A stretch of 64,000 nt of DNA from Macrostomum lignano (lineage: Eukaryota), in contig NIVC01002140.1 in the NCBI GenBank assembly GCA_002269645.1, forward strand, positions 1 to 64,000. Direction: 5' to 3'. How positions within the stretch are numbered: position 1 is the first letter of the stretch; each line of letters starts with the position of its first letter. The translations under genes and the position numbers were made by a program. The notes below the pieces were generated by a model that was not told the DNA's origin, ran no database searches, and saw only the letters and a list, made by a program, of their open reading frames with translations. This document shows positions 11,538 to 20,295 of the stretch, piece by piece.

Positions 11538-12327
11538 CCTCTTCTTCCTCATTATCTTCTTTTATCAAATTTGTTAAAATTCTATGTTTCCTTTCTAACC
11601 TCGGATTGATATAAATATGTTTGTATTGGCTATCATCCCAAATTTTTTTACACATACTTTTAAATGGTTTTGCATCCAATCCGGGATTAAATCTAGCGTG
11701 AATATTTTGTAGATCATAGTTATCTAAATCAAACATTACACAACAGCTAGCATTCTTTTTTATAATCGATTCTAATTCTCTAAAGGATTGAGTAAGATAA
11801 AAAGCTCCAATTCCATCTCCTCTACCACTAACAAAAATTTCCTTTTGCAATTCTTGATCACCGTCATTAATACAATCATCAAAAATAATTAGTGTTTTAT
11901 CATGTTTTGGAATTTGATCATAGGCTAATCGGGTTGATACTCTAACAGTTGGGGCTCGATCGGACGAAGTCCGCGACCCTTCGGGGCGATCGGTGATGTT
12001 TTCTGGCTGTTGTGCCATTGTTTTACATAAATCCTCAATGTCTGCTAGATTAAATCGCGGTTCGTCATCATCCTCATATTGCTCATATGCTCTTAACATT
12101 CTAAACAAGACATCTTTTTTTAATTTGTTTTTTAATCCATGTTTAAGAAATTCATAATATTTTATTCTAGGTTTATTAGTATAAATTATTAAATTATTAT
12201 AGTCTAACATTCCATCTGTTGTTAATAAATCGTAAACAAAGTGTGTTTTTCCTTTACCTGATCCTCCGATTACTAAACAAAGAAAAGGATCATTTGGAAA
12301 TATTTTATTGTGTTTTGCCTTTACCAT
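11527..12327 (-). CDS. A32/FtsK-HerA-like genome packaging ATPase
   Basis: Walker A GGSGKGKT, Walker B LIIFDDC, GR...FYLTQS motif. Confidence 0.93.
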   Translation of the reverse strand: MVKAKHNKIFPNDPFLCLVIGGSGKGKTHFVYDLLTTDGMLDYNNLIIYTNKPRIKYYEFLKHGLKNKLKKDVLFRMLRAYEQYEDDDEPRFNLADIEDLCKTMAQQPENITDRPEGSRTSSDRAPTVRVSTRLAYDQIPKHDKTLIIFDDCINDGDQELQKEIFVSGRGDGIGAFYLTQSFRELESIIKKNASCCVMFDLDNYDLQNIHARFNPGLDAKPFKSMCKKIWDDSQYKHIYINPRLERKHRILTNLIKEDNEEEEDRA

Positions 12328-12378
12328 TTTTAAAGAAATAATTTAAATAGGCGCGACGTGCTTTGCACTGCACTCATT

Positions 12379-13850
12379 TTACAATGGCGCGTCCCGAACA
12401 ATCGTGCCATCAGCTTTAGCAATTGACATATATTCCTCTAGAAACAATACGTGGGCGTCAAGTGCCTGATTACCGGTTTTATTAATCTCTAACATATAAT
12501 TAAGTCCAATATTGGCTACGTTTTCTTTCTGTGCCGTTAGATCATAAACAACCACTGGATGAATGTTTAGAAACTCTGTGGGTGTGTACTGAGGGACGGC
12601 ATACGCCTCATTTTTAGCATAATCCTGATAATATTTTATAAAATCATTAACATTATTATTTGCTATATTTAAATTTAGGGGGTCTTTAACCGGATAATAT
12701 TGATCATCAACCTGCAGGCGGATATTCTGAACATTAAACTCGTTAATTGCAGCAACTGCGTTGTCTGTTGCGGTAGCTGCTTGTGCTGCTATGTCACCGA
12801 TTGAAGCCAATATAAATCCCCATTTGCTCTTTTACTCCTTCTATTTGTTATCTTAAACCAAACAAAAATATATCTCACCCGACGTTTTGATGTCAGTATT
12901 TGCCACTGGAATGAATCCTGATTGTTATTAATGGTTCGCATAAAGTGTCTACGATTCAAATAAAATATTTCCTGATCATGCGTTAACTGATTATCGATGT
13001 GTTTTAAAAGTGGGGCTGTTACCTCAATAGTTGGTACGACTAATTGAATTGAATCTATACGAACTGCTATATCGGTTGAAATTGAGGTTCCATAAAGTAT
13101 CCTAGGCTGATATCCACCAGATATTTGCAACTGTATCCCAAATTTTAATCCTTTCCATACCCGATTTGGTGAGAAGAACCCAAATAGCGGGAAGATTGAA
13201 AAGTCCTGCTCATATGCGGTTGCTGTGGTTAAAACCGCTACTGGGAATTTAGTCTGACGATCTATAAAACCAGTATTAATATCTTTTGTATTAGTCATAG
13301 TGGTTACAACTGGAACTATATTGGTATTAAGGTAAACAATTAGAGCTGCAGTATCTGCACCGGCTGCGTTTTGTACATTAGGGAAAACTACTGCTTGACC
13401 GTTACCTTTATCCGGCATCCACCCAACATTATCACCAACTTGTTTTGATAAATAAGTATAATTTAAATGTTTCAAAACTCCATTAATCTCTGCGGGGTTT
13501 GATGATGTCTCAACCTCAGCACCATTAACAGTTAGTTGAGCTTGGGAAAAACATTTATAAAACCAATCATTTTCTATTATTATTCCGGATCGATCTGCGA
13601 TATCTCCGGCTGCAAGAGCAGTTCCATCATTTCTAGTATACAACCATCTAACACGGAAAAATGCATTTTTCATATCCAATATAGTGTTGGTTGCGCCGAT
13701 GTCAAAAGTTACCGTTCCAGTAGTAAAGTTATTTGAATTATCACTTGTTGGTAGGGTATAATTTAAATCTCTTGCTCTGACCTCATTAATATACTGTCGG
13801 TGCTTTTTGAAATGAAATTTATCACTCCACATAGTTTTTGTTTCAGCCAT
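12379..13850 (-). CDS. Major capsid protein (double jelly-roll), 1-nt frameshift at ~12797
   Basis: Two ORFs join at LYWLQS/GDIAAQ. The paralogue at 17566-18987 reads through with CCC where this copy has CC. Polinton MCP motifs RVRYIFVWF, LQVDDQYYP and HPVVVYDLT are present. Confidence 0.88.
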
Positions 13851-13884
13851 TTTTTTAAGTTAAAAAAGTTTTTTATGTTAAAAA

Positions 13885-14556
13885 ATGAGTCAATTTATGG
13901 ACGTTGATGGAGAGTTAGCGATTTATAAAGAGAAGCAAAGATATTCTGATTTTGTTAGAAATTTACAAAAAAGAAAGTTAGGAATACAATTAGCTGGCGA
14001 AAGATTTGCTGCTCCTTTTGTTAATCCTATTACTGGGAAAATTAGTGAACTAGAAAAAACAGATAAAGATCTTCTGGAAAAAATTGCTAAAAATACTGAG
14101 CCAAAAGAGGATGAACTTTTAGATGAGCCGCCTGCTTATGATGTTGATCAAGCGCAATTGAGAATTGCAGAGATTAGACGTGCAGAGCGGGGCGATCGGG
14201 AACAATATCCAAGAGTACCAGCTAGTATTGCTGCGACAGATTTAGGTAATAATAATTATCGAATTGGTGGAGTTGATAAAAATCGAAATGAACTATATAG
14301 AGAATTGGGTGGAGCATATAATATTGTTATGAACCCTAGGGTAAAGTTTAACCCTGATTTATATACTAGGGATGAATTAATAAGTGCTAGAATTTTTTAT
14401 GATGAGTTAGGAGGAGCTGTTAAAAATACCAGCTTGTATAAAAGGATTGTTAATTCTATAAATAACAAACCGGCTGTTGGTGATGGATTTAAAACACCAC
14501 GAAAACTTGTTTTAGCTGCTGCGAAAGCTGCTGGACATACAGGAATCGCCCCGTAG
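13885..14556 (+). CDS. Conserved Polinton protein of unknown function
   Basis: Intact in both elements (paralogue 19022-19696); ends KLVLAAAKAAGHTGI. Confidence 0.75.
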   Translation: MSQFMDVDGELAIYKEKQRYSDFVRNLQKRKLGIQLAGERFAAPFVNPITGKISELEKTDKDLLEKIAKNTEPKEDELLDEPPAYDVDQAQLRIAEIRRAERGDREQYPRVPASIAATDLGNNNYRIGGVDKNRNELYRELGGAYNIVMNPRVKFNPDLYTRDELISARIFYDELGGAVKNTSLYKRIVNSINNKPAVGDGFKTPRKLVLAAAKAAGHTGIAP

Positions 14557-14608
14557 GGTCGCGAACCAAAGGTTCGATTAATTAATTGTTAAATTTATTT
14601 TTTATAAA

Positions 14609-15178
14609 ATGGATGAAACAAAAATTTGTACTACGTGTAAAATTGAGAAACCGATGACTAAAGAATTTTTTTGTTGGAGAAATGACACAAAAAAATTTAA
14701 AAATCTTTGTCGATCTTGTGAGAAAGTTAAATGTACTATGTGGAGAATAAACAATAAAGATAAATGTAATAAATATGCAAAAAATAAATATCGCACTGAT
14801 GAAAATTTCAAAAATATTAGTCTAATTAGAGCTAAAATAACTTGGGCATTGAGAACTTTTCATGACAAACATTATATCTCCTATCTTGGTTGCACAAAAG
14901 AATTCTTTTTTGATTGGTTAAATTTCACAAGAAATTATTATGTTCCAAAAAATTATACTGGAAAGTTAGATATTGATCATTTCATTCCCGCTTCTTCATT
15001 TAATTACAAAGACGATGATCAGATTAAAAAGTCTGAAAATTGGAGAAATAAAAGATACTTAACTAGCGTAGATAATAACTATAAAAAAGTTAAACAACCA
15101 ACAATTGAAGAATTTGCGAAACAATTGGTGCTATCATGTATTTTTAAGGCTATTAAAAATGAACCAAATAGTGTTTGA
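14609..15178 (+). CDS. Free-standing HNH (HNN-type) endonuclease with N-terminal CxxC...CxxC
   Basis: CTTC...CRSC, then LDIDHFIPASSF...NWRN...DNNYKK, resembling large-DNA-virus HNH homing-type endonucleases. The stop overlaps the start of the next gene. Confidence 0.78.
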   Translation: MDETKICTTCKIEKPMTKEFFCWRNDTKKFKNLCRSCEKVKCTMWRINNKDKCNKYAKNKYRTDENFKNISLIRAKITWALRTFHDKHYISYLGCTKEFFFDWLNFTRNYYVPKNYTGKLDIDHFIPASSFNYKDDDQIKKSENWRNKRYLTSVDNNYKKVKQPTIEEFAKQLVLSCIFKAIKNEPNSV

Positions 15179-16736
15179 AGGAGGATTTTTAGACTTACAA
15201 AAAGGATTAACGAGCTTACCACCAATCTTTACTACTGGTAAATATACAGGGGAACTACACCTACCATCAATGAACTTCACAGGTTAACCCGTGGCCTGAG
15301 TGAGGAAGGCAATGTCCTTGCTAGTCACTATTTGTGGCGACATCTCCAAATTGCGTGAAACCCGTCATACAGCTTCAAGTACCACTTCAAGTGAGAAATC
15401 TTTTGAAGGAACAGAGGTAACTCCTCTTCCCAAAGGTAAAAAGCTTGAAGACACGGTGGCAATGCGCAGCCAAGCTCCTAAGTATTTTAAATATAAGGAG
15501 AAGGTTCAGAGAGCAGACGGAGATGGGCGGTAATTATCGCCGCTTAAGGTGTGCTCCAGCCTCATTCGAAAGATTGAGGGTAAACAGCCGGGGACTAGAC
15601 TGGATTTAAGATTAAATCCTGACAATACTCCAAAATCTGATTCAATTCCAATAAATGGGATTGATTGGTTAGCATACTATCACGACTTAGCATATAGAGA
15701 TGCTGACAAGAACCCGCCCGAGGAAGCATTAAGATTAAAACATGAAGCCGATCAAAAAATGATTCAAGGATTAGATAACTTGCAGGGATTATCGGTAGGT
15801 CAAAAATTAACTAGGTGGATGGTTAAAAAGATCTTGCAGTCTAAAGTTAAATTTGGTTTGGGAATTAATTATAATCAACATGGAAATAATTGTGTTGAGT
15901 GTTTACTATTAAGTGGCAGTGGGTTAAGTTCTGATGAGGCAAAGATTCTTCATAAAGAATATCGAAAACCTAAATTTTATAGAAAAATCATGAACTTCAA
16001 AAAGAATGAAATTTGGTATTCTGATTTAATGTCGATGCCGAAAGATCTGGGATATAAATATATCTTAACCATATTAGATGGTTTTACTCGATACGCGTGG
16101 GCTGTTCCTTTAAAATCCAAAAAGGGAGAGGAGGTTGCTGCTGCTTTTAGAAGTCTTGGAGAAAAAAGCGAAAGATTGTGTGTTGATGAAGGAAAAGAAT
16201 TTTACAATCCTCATATGTATAAATTGTATCATTTTGAAAAAGGAAAAGAAAGGAAAAAAGACGCGAATGGGGAGTATATTAATAAAATTTATTCTATTTA
16301 TGGAGAGAGTAAAAACGCATTAATAGAAAGATTTAATCGAACTTTAGGTAAGAACTTATGGTTTCAGTTTAGTCTTAATGGAAACCAAAAGTGGGTAAAA
16401 ATATTACCAGACGTTGTAAAAGATTATAACAATTCATATCATTCGGCGATAAAGATGACTCCTCAACAAGCTTATAACAATCCTGAAAAAGTTAAAGTTA
16501 CTTTTGGAAAATTTGAAAAAAATAAAAAGAAATCTTTTAAGGTTGGTGATTCTGTTTATATCTATAAATGGAAAGATAAGTTTGAAAAAGGAAGAAAAGG
16601 ATATTGGAAGATAAGTGAGAAATTTACTATCAGTAAAGTTTTAAATACCAATCCTACAACCTATATAATTGCTGATAAGGACGGTGAAGAAATATTGGGT
16701 TCTTTTTATGAGAACCAGATAATGTCTGCGAACTAA
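15159..16736 (+). CDS. PLA2 (parvovirus-type) + rve integrase ORF; exons 15159-15284 and 15588-16736 (~424 aa)
   Basis: Spliced junction reads ELHLPSMNFTG|PGTRLDLRL...IDWLAYYHDLAY (PLA2). In the same frame follow WYSDL, VDEGKEF, IERFNRTL and YNNSYHSAIKMTP (DDE integrase). Confidence 0.9.
15285..15587 (+). ncRNA. Group I self-splicing intron, subgroup IC1 (303 nt, ORF-less)
   Basis: P1 caggt/gcctg with U.G; P3 catctcc/ggagatg; P element AAATTGCGTGAA; Q element AATGCGCAGC; P5abc with A-rich bulge and GAAA loop; R element GTTCAGAGAGCAGA; S element TAAGGTGTGCTCC (P7 GAGCA/TGCTC); P9 GAAA hairpin; terminal G at 15587. Confidence 0.93.
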
Positions 16737-16746
16737 GTTCAAACAG

Positions 16747-16971
16747 TTACTTAAGACAACATGGTAGTAAATTTTTTATTACAAACAAAAACAATATTAT
16801 TACTATAATTGTTACTAATATTATTATTGACATTTGTTCAACTGTTATCAAACTTAAATTTTCATTAAGTTCATTAATTGGAACATTTCCGATGTAGGAA
16901 TAGTTTACCTTCATTTTTTTATATATATTTTTCACAATAAATGTCGTTTCTGTTATGGAATAATAGTTCAT
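16747..16971 (-). CDS. Small single-TM protein
   Basis: Hydrophobic IIILVTIIVIILFLFVI segment; homologue at ~21860-22104. Confidence 0.55.
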   Translation of the reverse strand: MNYYSITETTFIVKNIYKKMKVNYSYIGNVPINELNENLSLITVEQMSIIILVTIIVIILFLFVIKNLLPCCLK

Positions 16972-16987
16972 TTTTTAAATATTTTTT

Positions 16988-17302
16988 TCACATAAAAATT
17001 TCACTTTCATTCTCTGAATCACTGGTTTCATATGAACTATTTGTTGATTCGGAATCTGTTGATCTAACCTCCCAATCATCCGAATTTAAATAATCTCCAA
17101 GTTGAAATATTAACTCACCCTCTTGTTCTAAATCATACATCTCATCTAGCTCTAATGGATAAAGTTTTAGGTCGTGCTTGTCGTCATATTTTAAATAAAC
17201 TTCATCAATTATTCCATTCAAAATATGTTGTTTTATTATCTCTGCATTTTTAGCAACAGTCTCAAAAGTATCACTAACTGAAAAGGTGTAAACTCGGTTC
17301 AT
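16988..17302 (-). CDS. Hypothetical acidic protein
   Basis: Conserved in element 2 (22109-22411). Confidence 0.65.
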   Translation of the reverse strand: MNRVYTFSVSDTFETVAKNAEIIKQHILNGIIDEVYLKYDDKHDLKLYPLELDEMYDLEQEGELIFQLGDYLNSDDWEVRSTDSESTNSSYETSDSENESEIFM

Positions 17303-17319
17303 TTTTTATAACAGAAAAA

Positions 17320-17640
17320 GACCCTTCGCGCCTGCGGCGCGTGCGACGGGTTCTAGAAAGTTTGTGTGTGTTGGAGAGAGTTGGAAGCGTTGACGATACA
17401 AAATACCCAGCAAACCAAAGCGAACGACGAGAGCGTGTTCTCACCATTCAAAAAGAATTAATCGTTGTAAGTGTGAAATGGCCTGTTTGACCGAAATGAA
17501 GCGAGGATGAGCGAAGCGAGTTGAGCGAAGTGAAGACGAGCGAAAATGAAGGGAAACAGGCCATTTCACACTGATAAAGGGTTAAATTGTTTGCAATGGT
17601 GAGAATGGTTTGCTGGGTATTTTGTATCGTATATACTACT
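17320..17640 (-). repeat. Right terminal inverted repeat of Polinton 1
   Basis: gacccttcgcg...tatactact, the inverted copy of 94-414, followed by TSD tccaac. Confidence 0.95.
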
Positions 17641-17646
17641 TCCAAC

Positions 17647-18987
17647 ATTGGCTACGTTTTCTTTCTGTGCCGTTAGATCATAAACAACCACTGGATGGAT
17701 GTTTAGAAACTCTGTGGGTGTGTACTGAGGGACTGCATACGCTTTATTTTTGACATAATCCTGATAATATTTTATAAAATCATTAACATTATTATTTGCT
17801 ATATTTAGATTAAGGGGGTCTTTAACCGGATAGTACTGATCATCAACTTGCAGTCGGATATTCTGGACATTAAACTCGTTAATAGCTGAAACCGCGCTGT
17901 CTGTTGCGGTGGCTGCTTGTGCTGCTATGTCACCCGATTGAATCCAATATAAATCCCCGTTTGCTCTTTTACTCCTTCTATTTGTTATCTTAAACCAAAC
18001 AAAAATATATCTAACCCGACGTTTTGATGTAATTATCTGCCACTGGAATGAATCCTGATTGTTATTAATGGTTCGCATAAAATGTCGACGATTCAAATAA
18101 AATATTTCCTGATCATGAGTTAACTGATTATCAACATGTTTTAAAAGCGGAGCCGTTACCTCAAGAGTTGGCACGACTAATTGAATTGAATCTATACGAA
18201 CTGCTATATCGGTTGAAATTGAGGTTCCATAAAGTATCCTAGGCTGATATCCACCAGATATTTGCAACTGTATCCCAAATTTTAATCCTTTCCATACCCG
18301 ATTTGGTGAGAAGAACCCAAATAGCGGGAAGATTGAAAAGTCCTGCTCATATGCTGTTGCTGTGGTTAAAACCGCGACTGGGAATTTATTCTGGCGATCT
18401 ATAAAACCTGTATTAATATCTTTTGTATTAGTCATGGTGGTTACAACTGGAACTATATTGGTATTAAGATAAGCTATAAGAGCTGCCGTATCTGCGCCAG
18501 CTGCATTTTGTACATTAGGGAAAACAACTGATTGTCCATTACCCTTATCAGGCATCCATCCAACATTATCACCAACTTGTTTTGATAAATAAGTATAATT
18601 TAAATGTTTCAAAACTCCATTAATCTCTGCGGGGTTTGATGCGGTCTCAACCTCGGCTCCATTAACTGTTAGTTGGGCTTGGGAAAAACATTTATAAAAC
18701 CAATCATTTTCTATAATTATACCAGAACGATCTGCGATATCGCCGGCAGCAAGAGCAGTTCCATCATTTCTGGTATACAACCATCTAACACGGAAAAACG
18801 CATTTTTCATATCCAATATAGTGTTGGTTGCACCGATGTCAAAAGTTACCGTTCCACTAGTAAAGTTATTTGAATTATCACTTGTTGGTAGAGTAAAATT
18901 TAAATCTTTAGCCCTAACCTCATTAATATACTGGCGGTGCTTTTTGAAATGAAATTTATCACTCCATATAGTTTTTGTTTCAGCCAT
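17647..18987 (-). pseudogene. MCP of Polinton 2, interrupted by insertion of Polinton 1 (its 3' end continues at 93..1 and upstream)
   Basis: Removing 94-17646 restores the frame ...ENVANVGLNYMLE..., matching the element-1 MCP. Confidence 0.93.
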
Positions 18988-19021
18988 TTTTTTAAGTTAA
19001 AAAAGTTTTTTATGTTAAAAA

Positions 19022-19696
19022 ATGAGTCAATTTATGGACGTTGATGGAGAGTTAGCGATTTATAAAGAGAAGCAAAGATATTCTGATTTTGTTAGAAATT
19101 TACAAAAAAGAAAGTTAGGAATACAATTAGCTGGCGAAAGATTTGCTGCTCCTTTTGTTAATCCGATTACGGAGAAAATTAGTGAACTAGAAAAAACAGA
19201 TAAAGCCCTTCTAGAAAAAATTGCTAAGAATACAGAGCCAAAAGAGGATGAAATTTTGGATGAGCCGCCTGCTTATGATGTTGATCAAGCACTATTGAGA
19301 GTTGCAGAGATTAGACGTGCAGAGCGGGGTGGAGTTGATGAATATCAGAGACCTGCACCAGCTAGTATTGCTGTGGTGGAATTAGGTAATGATAATTATC
19401 GAATTGGTAAAGCTAATAAAAATCAGGAGGAACTTTATAGAGAATTGGGTGGAGCATTTAATATTATTATGAACCCTAGGGTAAAATTTAACCCCGATTT
19501 ATATACTAGAGATGAATTAGTAAGTGCTAAAAATTTTTATGATGAGTTAGGAGTACGAGCTGTTAAAAACACCAGTTTGTATAAAAGGATTGTTGATTCT
19601 ATAAATAACAAACCAGCTGTTGGTGAAGGATTTAAAACTCCACGAAAACTTGTTTTAGCTGCTGCGAAAGCTGCTGGACATACAGGAATTAATTAA
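19022..19696 (+). CDS. Paralogue of 13885-14556
   Basis: Nearly colinear, about 85% aa identity by eye. Confidence 0.8.
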   Translation: MSQFMDVDGELAIYKEKQRYSDFVRNLQKRKLGIQLAGERFAAPFVNPITEKISELEKTDKALLEKIAKNTEPKEDEILDEPPAYDVDQALLRVAEIRRAERGGVDEYQRPAPASIAVVELGNDNYRIGKANKNQEELYRELGGAFNIIMNPRVKFNPDLYTRDELVSAKNFYDELGVRAVKNTSLYKRIVDSINNKPAVGEGFKTPRKLVLAAAKAAGHTGIN

Positions 19697-19719
19697 TTGT
19701 TAAATTTATTTTTTATAAA

Positions 19720-20295
19720 ATGAATGAAACAAAAAAGATTTGTAGTCGATGTAAAGAAGAAAAACCGATGACTAAAGAATTTTTTTGTTGGAGAAATGAT
19801 TCAAAAAAATTTAGAAATGATTGTCGATCTTGTCATAATACTTCATCTATTATGTGGATAAAAAACAATAAAGATAAATGGAATGAATATAGAAAAAACA
19901 AATATCACACTGATGAAAATTACAAACATATTGTTTTAATTAGAAATAGAATAAATTGGGCGTTGAAAAATTTTAATGATAAGGACTATATCTCATATCT
20001 TGGTTGCACAAAAGAATTCTTTTTTGATTGGTTAAATTTCACAAGAAAACATTATGTTTCAAAAGATTATACTGGATCGATAGATATTGATCATTTCATC
20101 CCTGCTTCTTCGTTTAGTTACAAAGATGAAGATCAGATGAAAAAGTCTGAACATTGGACAAATAAAAGATACTTAACTAGTGAAGATAATCGCTATAAAA
20201 AAGTTAAACAACCAACCATCGAAGAATTTGCAAAACAATTGGTGCTATCGTGTATTTTTAAGGCTATTAAAAATGAGCAATCAATTAGTATTTGA
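19720..20295 (+). CDS. Free-standing HNH endonuclease, element-2 copy
   Basis: CSRC...CRSC; IDIDHFIPASSF...HWTN...DNRYKK. Confidence 0.78.
   Translation: MNETKKICSRCKEEKPMTKEFFCWRNDSKKFRNDCRSCHNTSSIMWIKNNKDKWNEYRKNKYHTDENYKHIVLIRNRINWALKNFNDKDYISYLGCTKEFFFDWLNFTRKHYVSKDYTGSIDIDHFIPASSFSYKDEDQMKKSEHWTNKRYLTSEDNRYKKVKQPTIEEFAKQLVLSCIFKAIKNEQSISI

Larger units (their letters stand above)
94..17640. mobile_element. Polinton/Maverick (adintovirus-like) element 1, full length (~17.5 kb)
   Basis: Starts AGTAGT (94) and ends ACTACT (17640). 321-bp TIRs; TCCAAC duplicated at 88-93 and 17641-17646. Carries pPolB, rve integrase, adenain, A32-like ATPase, MCP and penton. Confidence 0.97.

Noticed and set aside
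15300-15533. 77-aa ORF (and 20417-20647) as an intron-encoded protein
   Set aside because: It starts at GTG and lies entirely over the ribozyme core. Differences between the copies follow RNA pairing rather than codons, and it has no nuclease motif.
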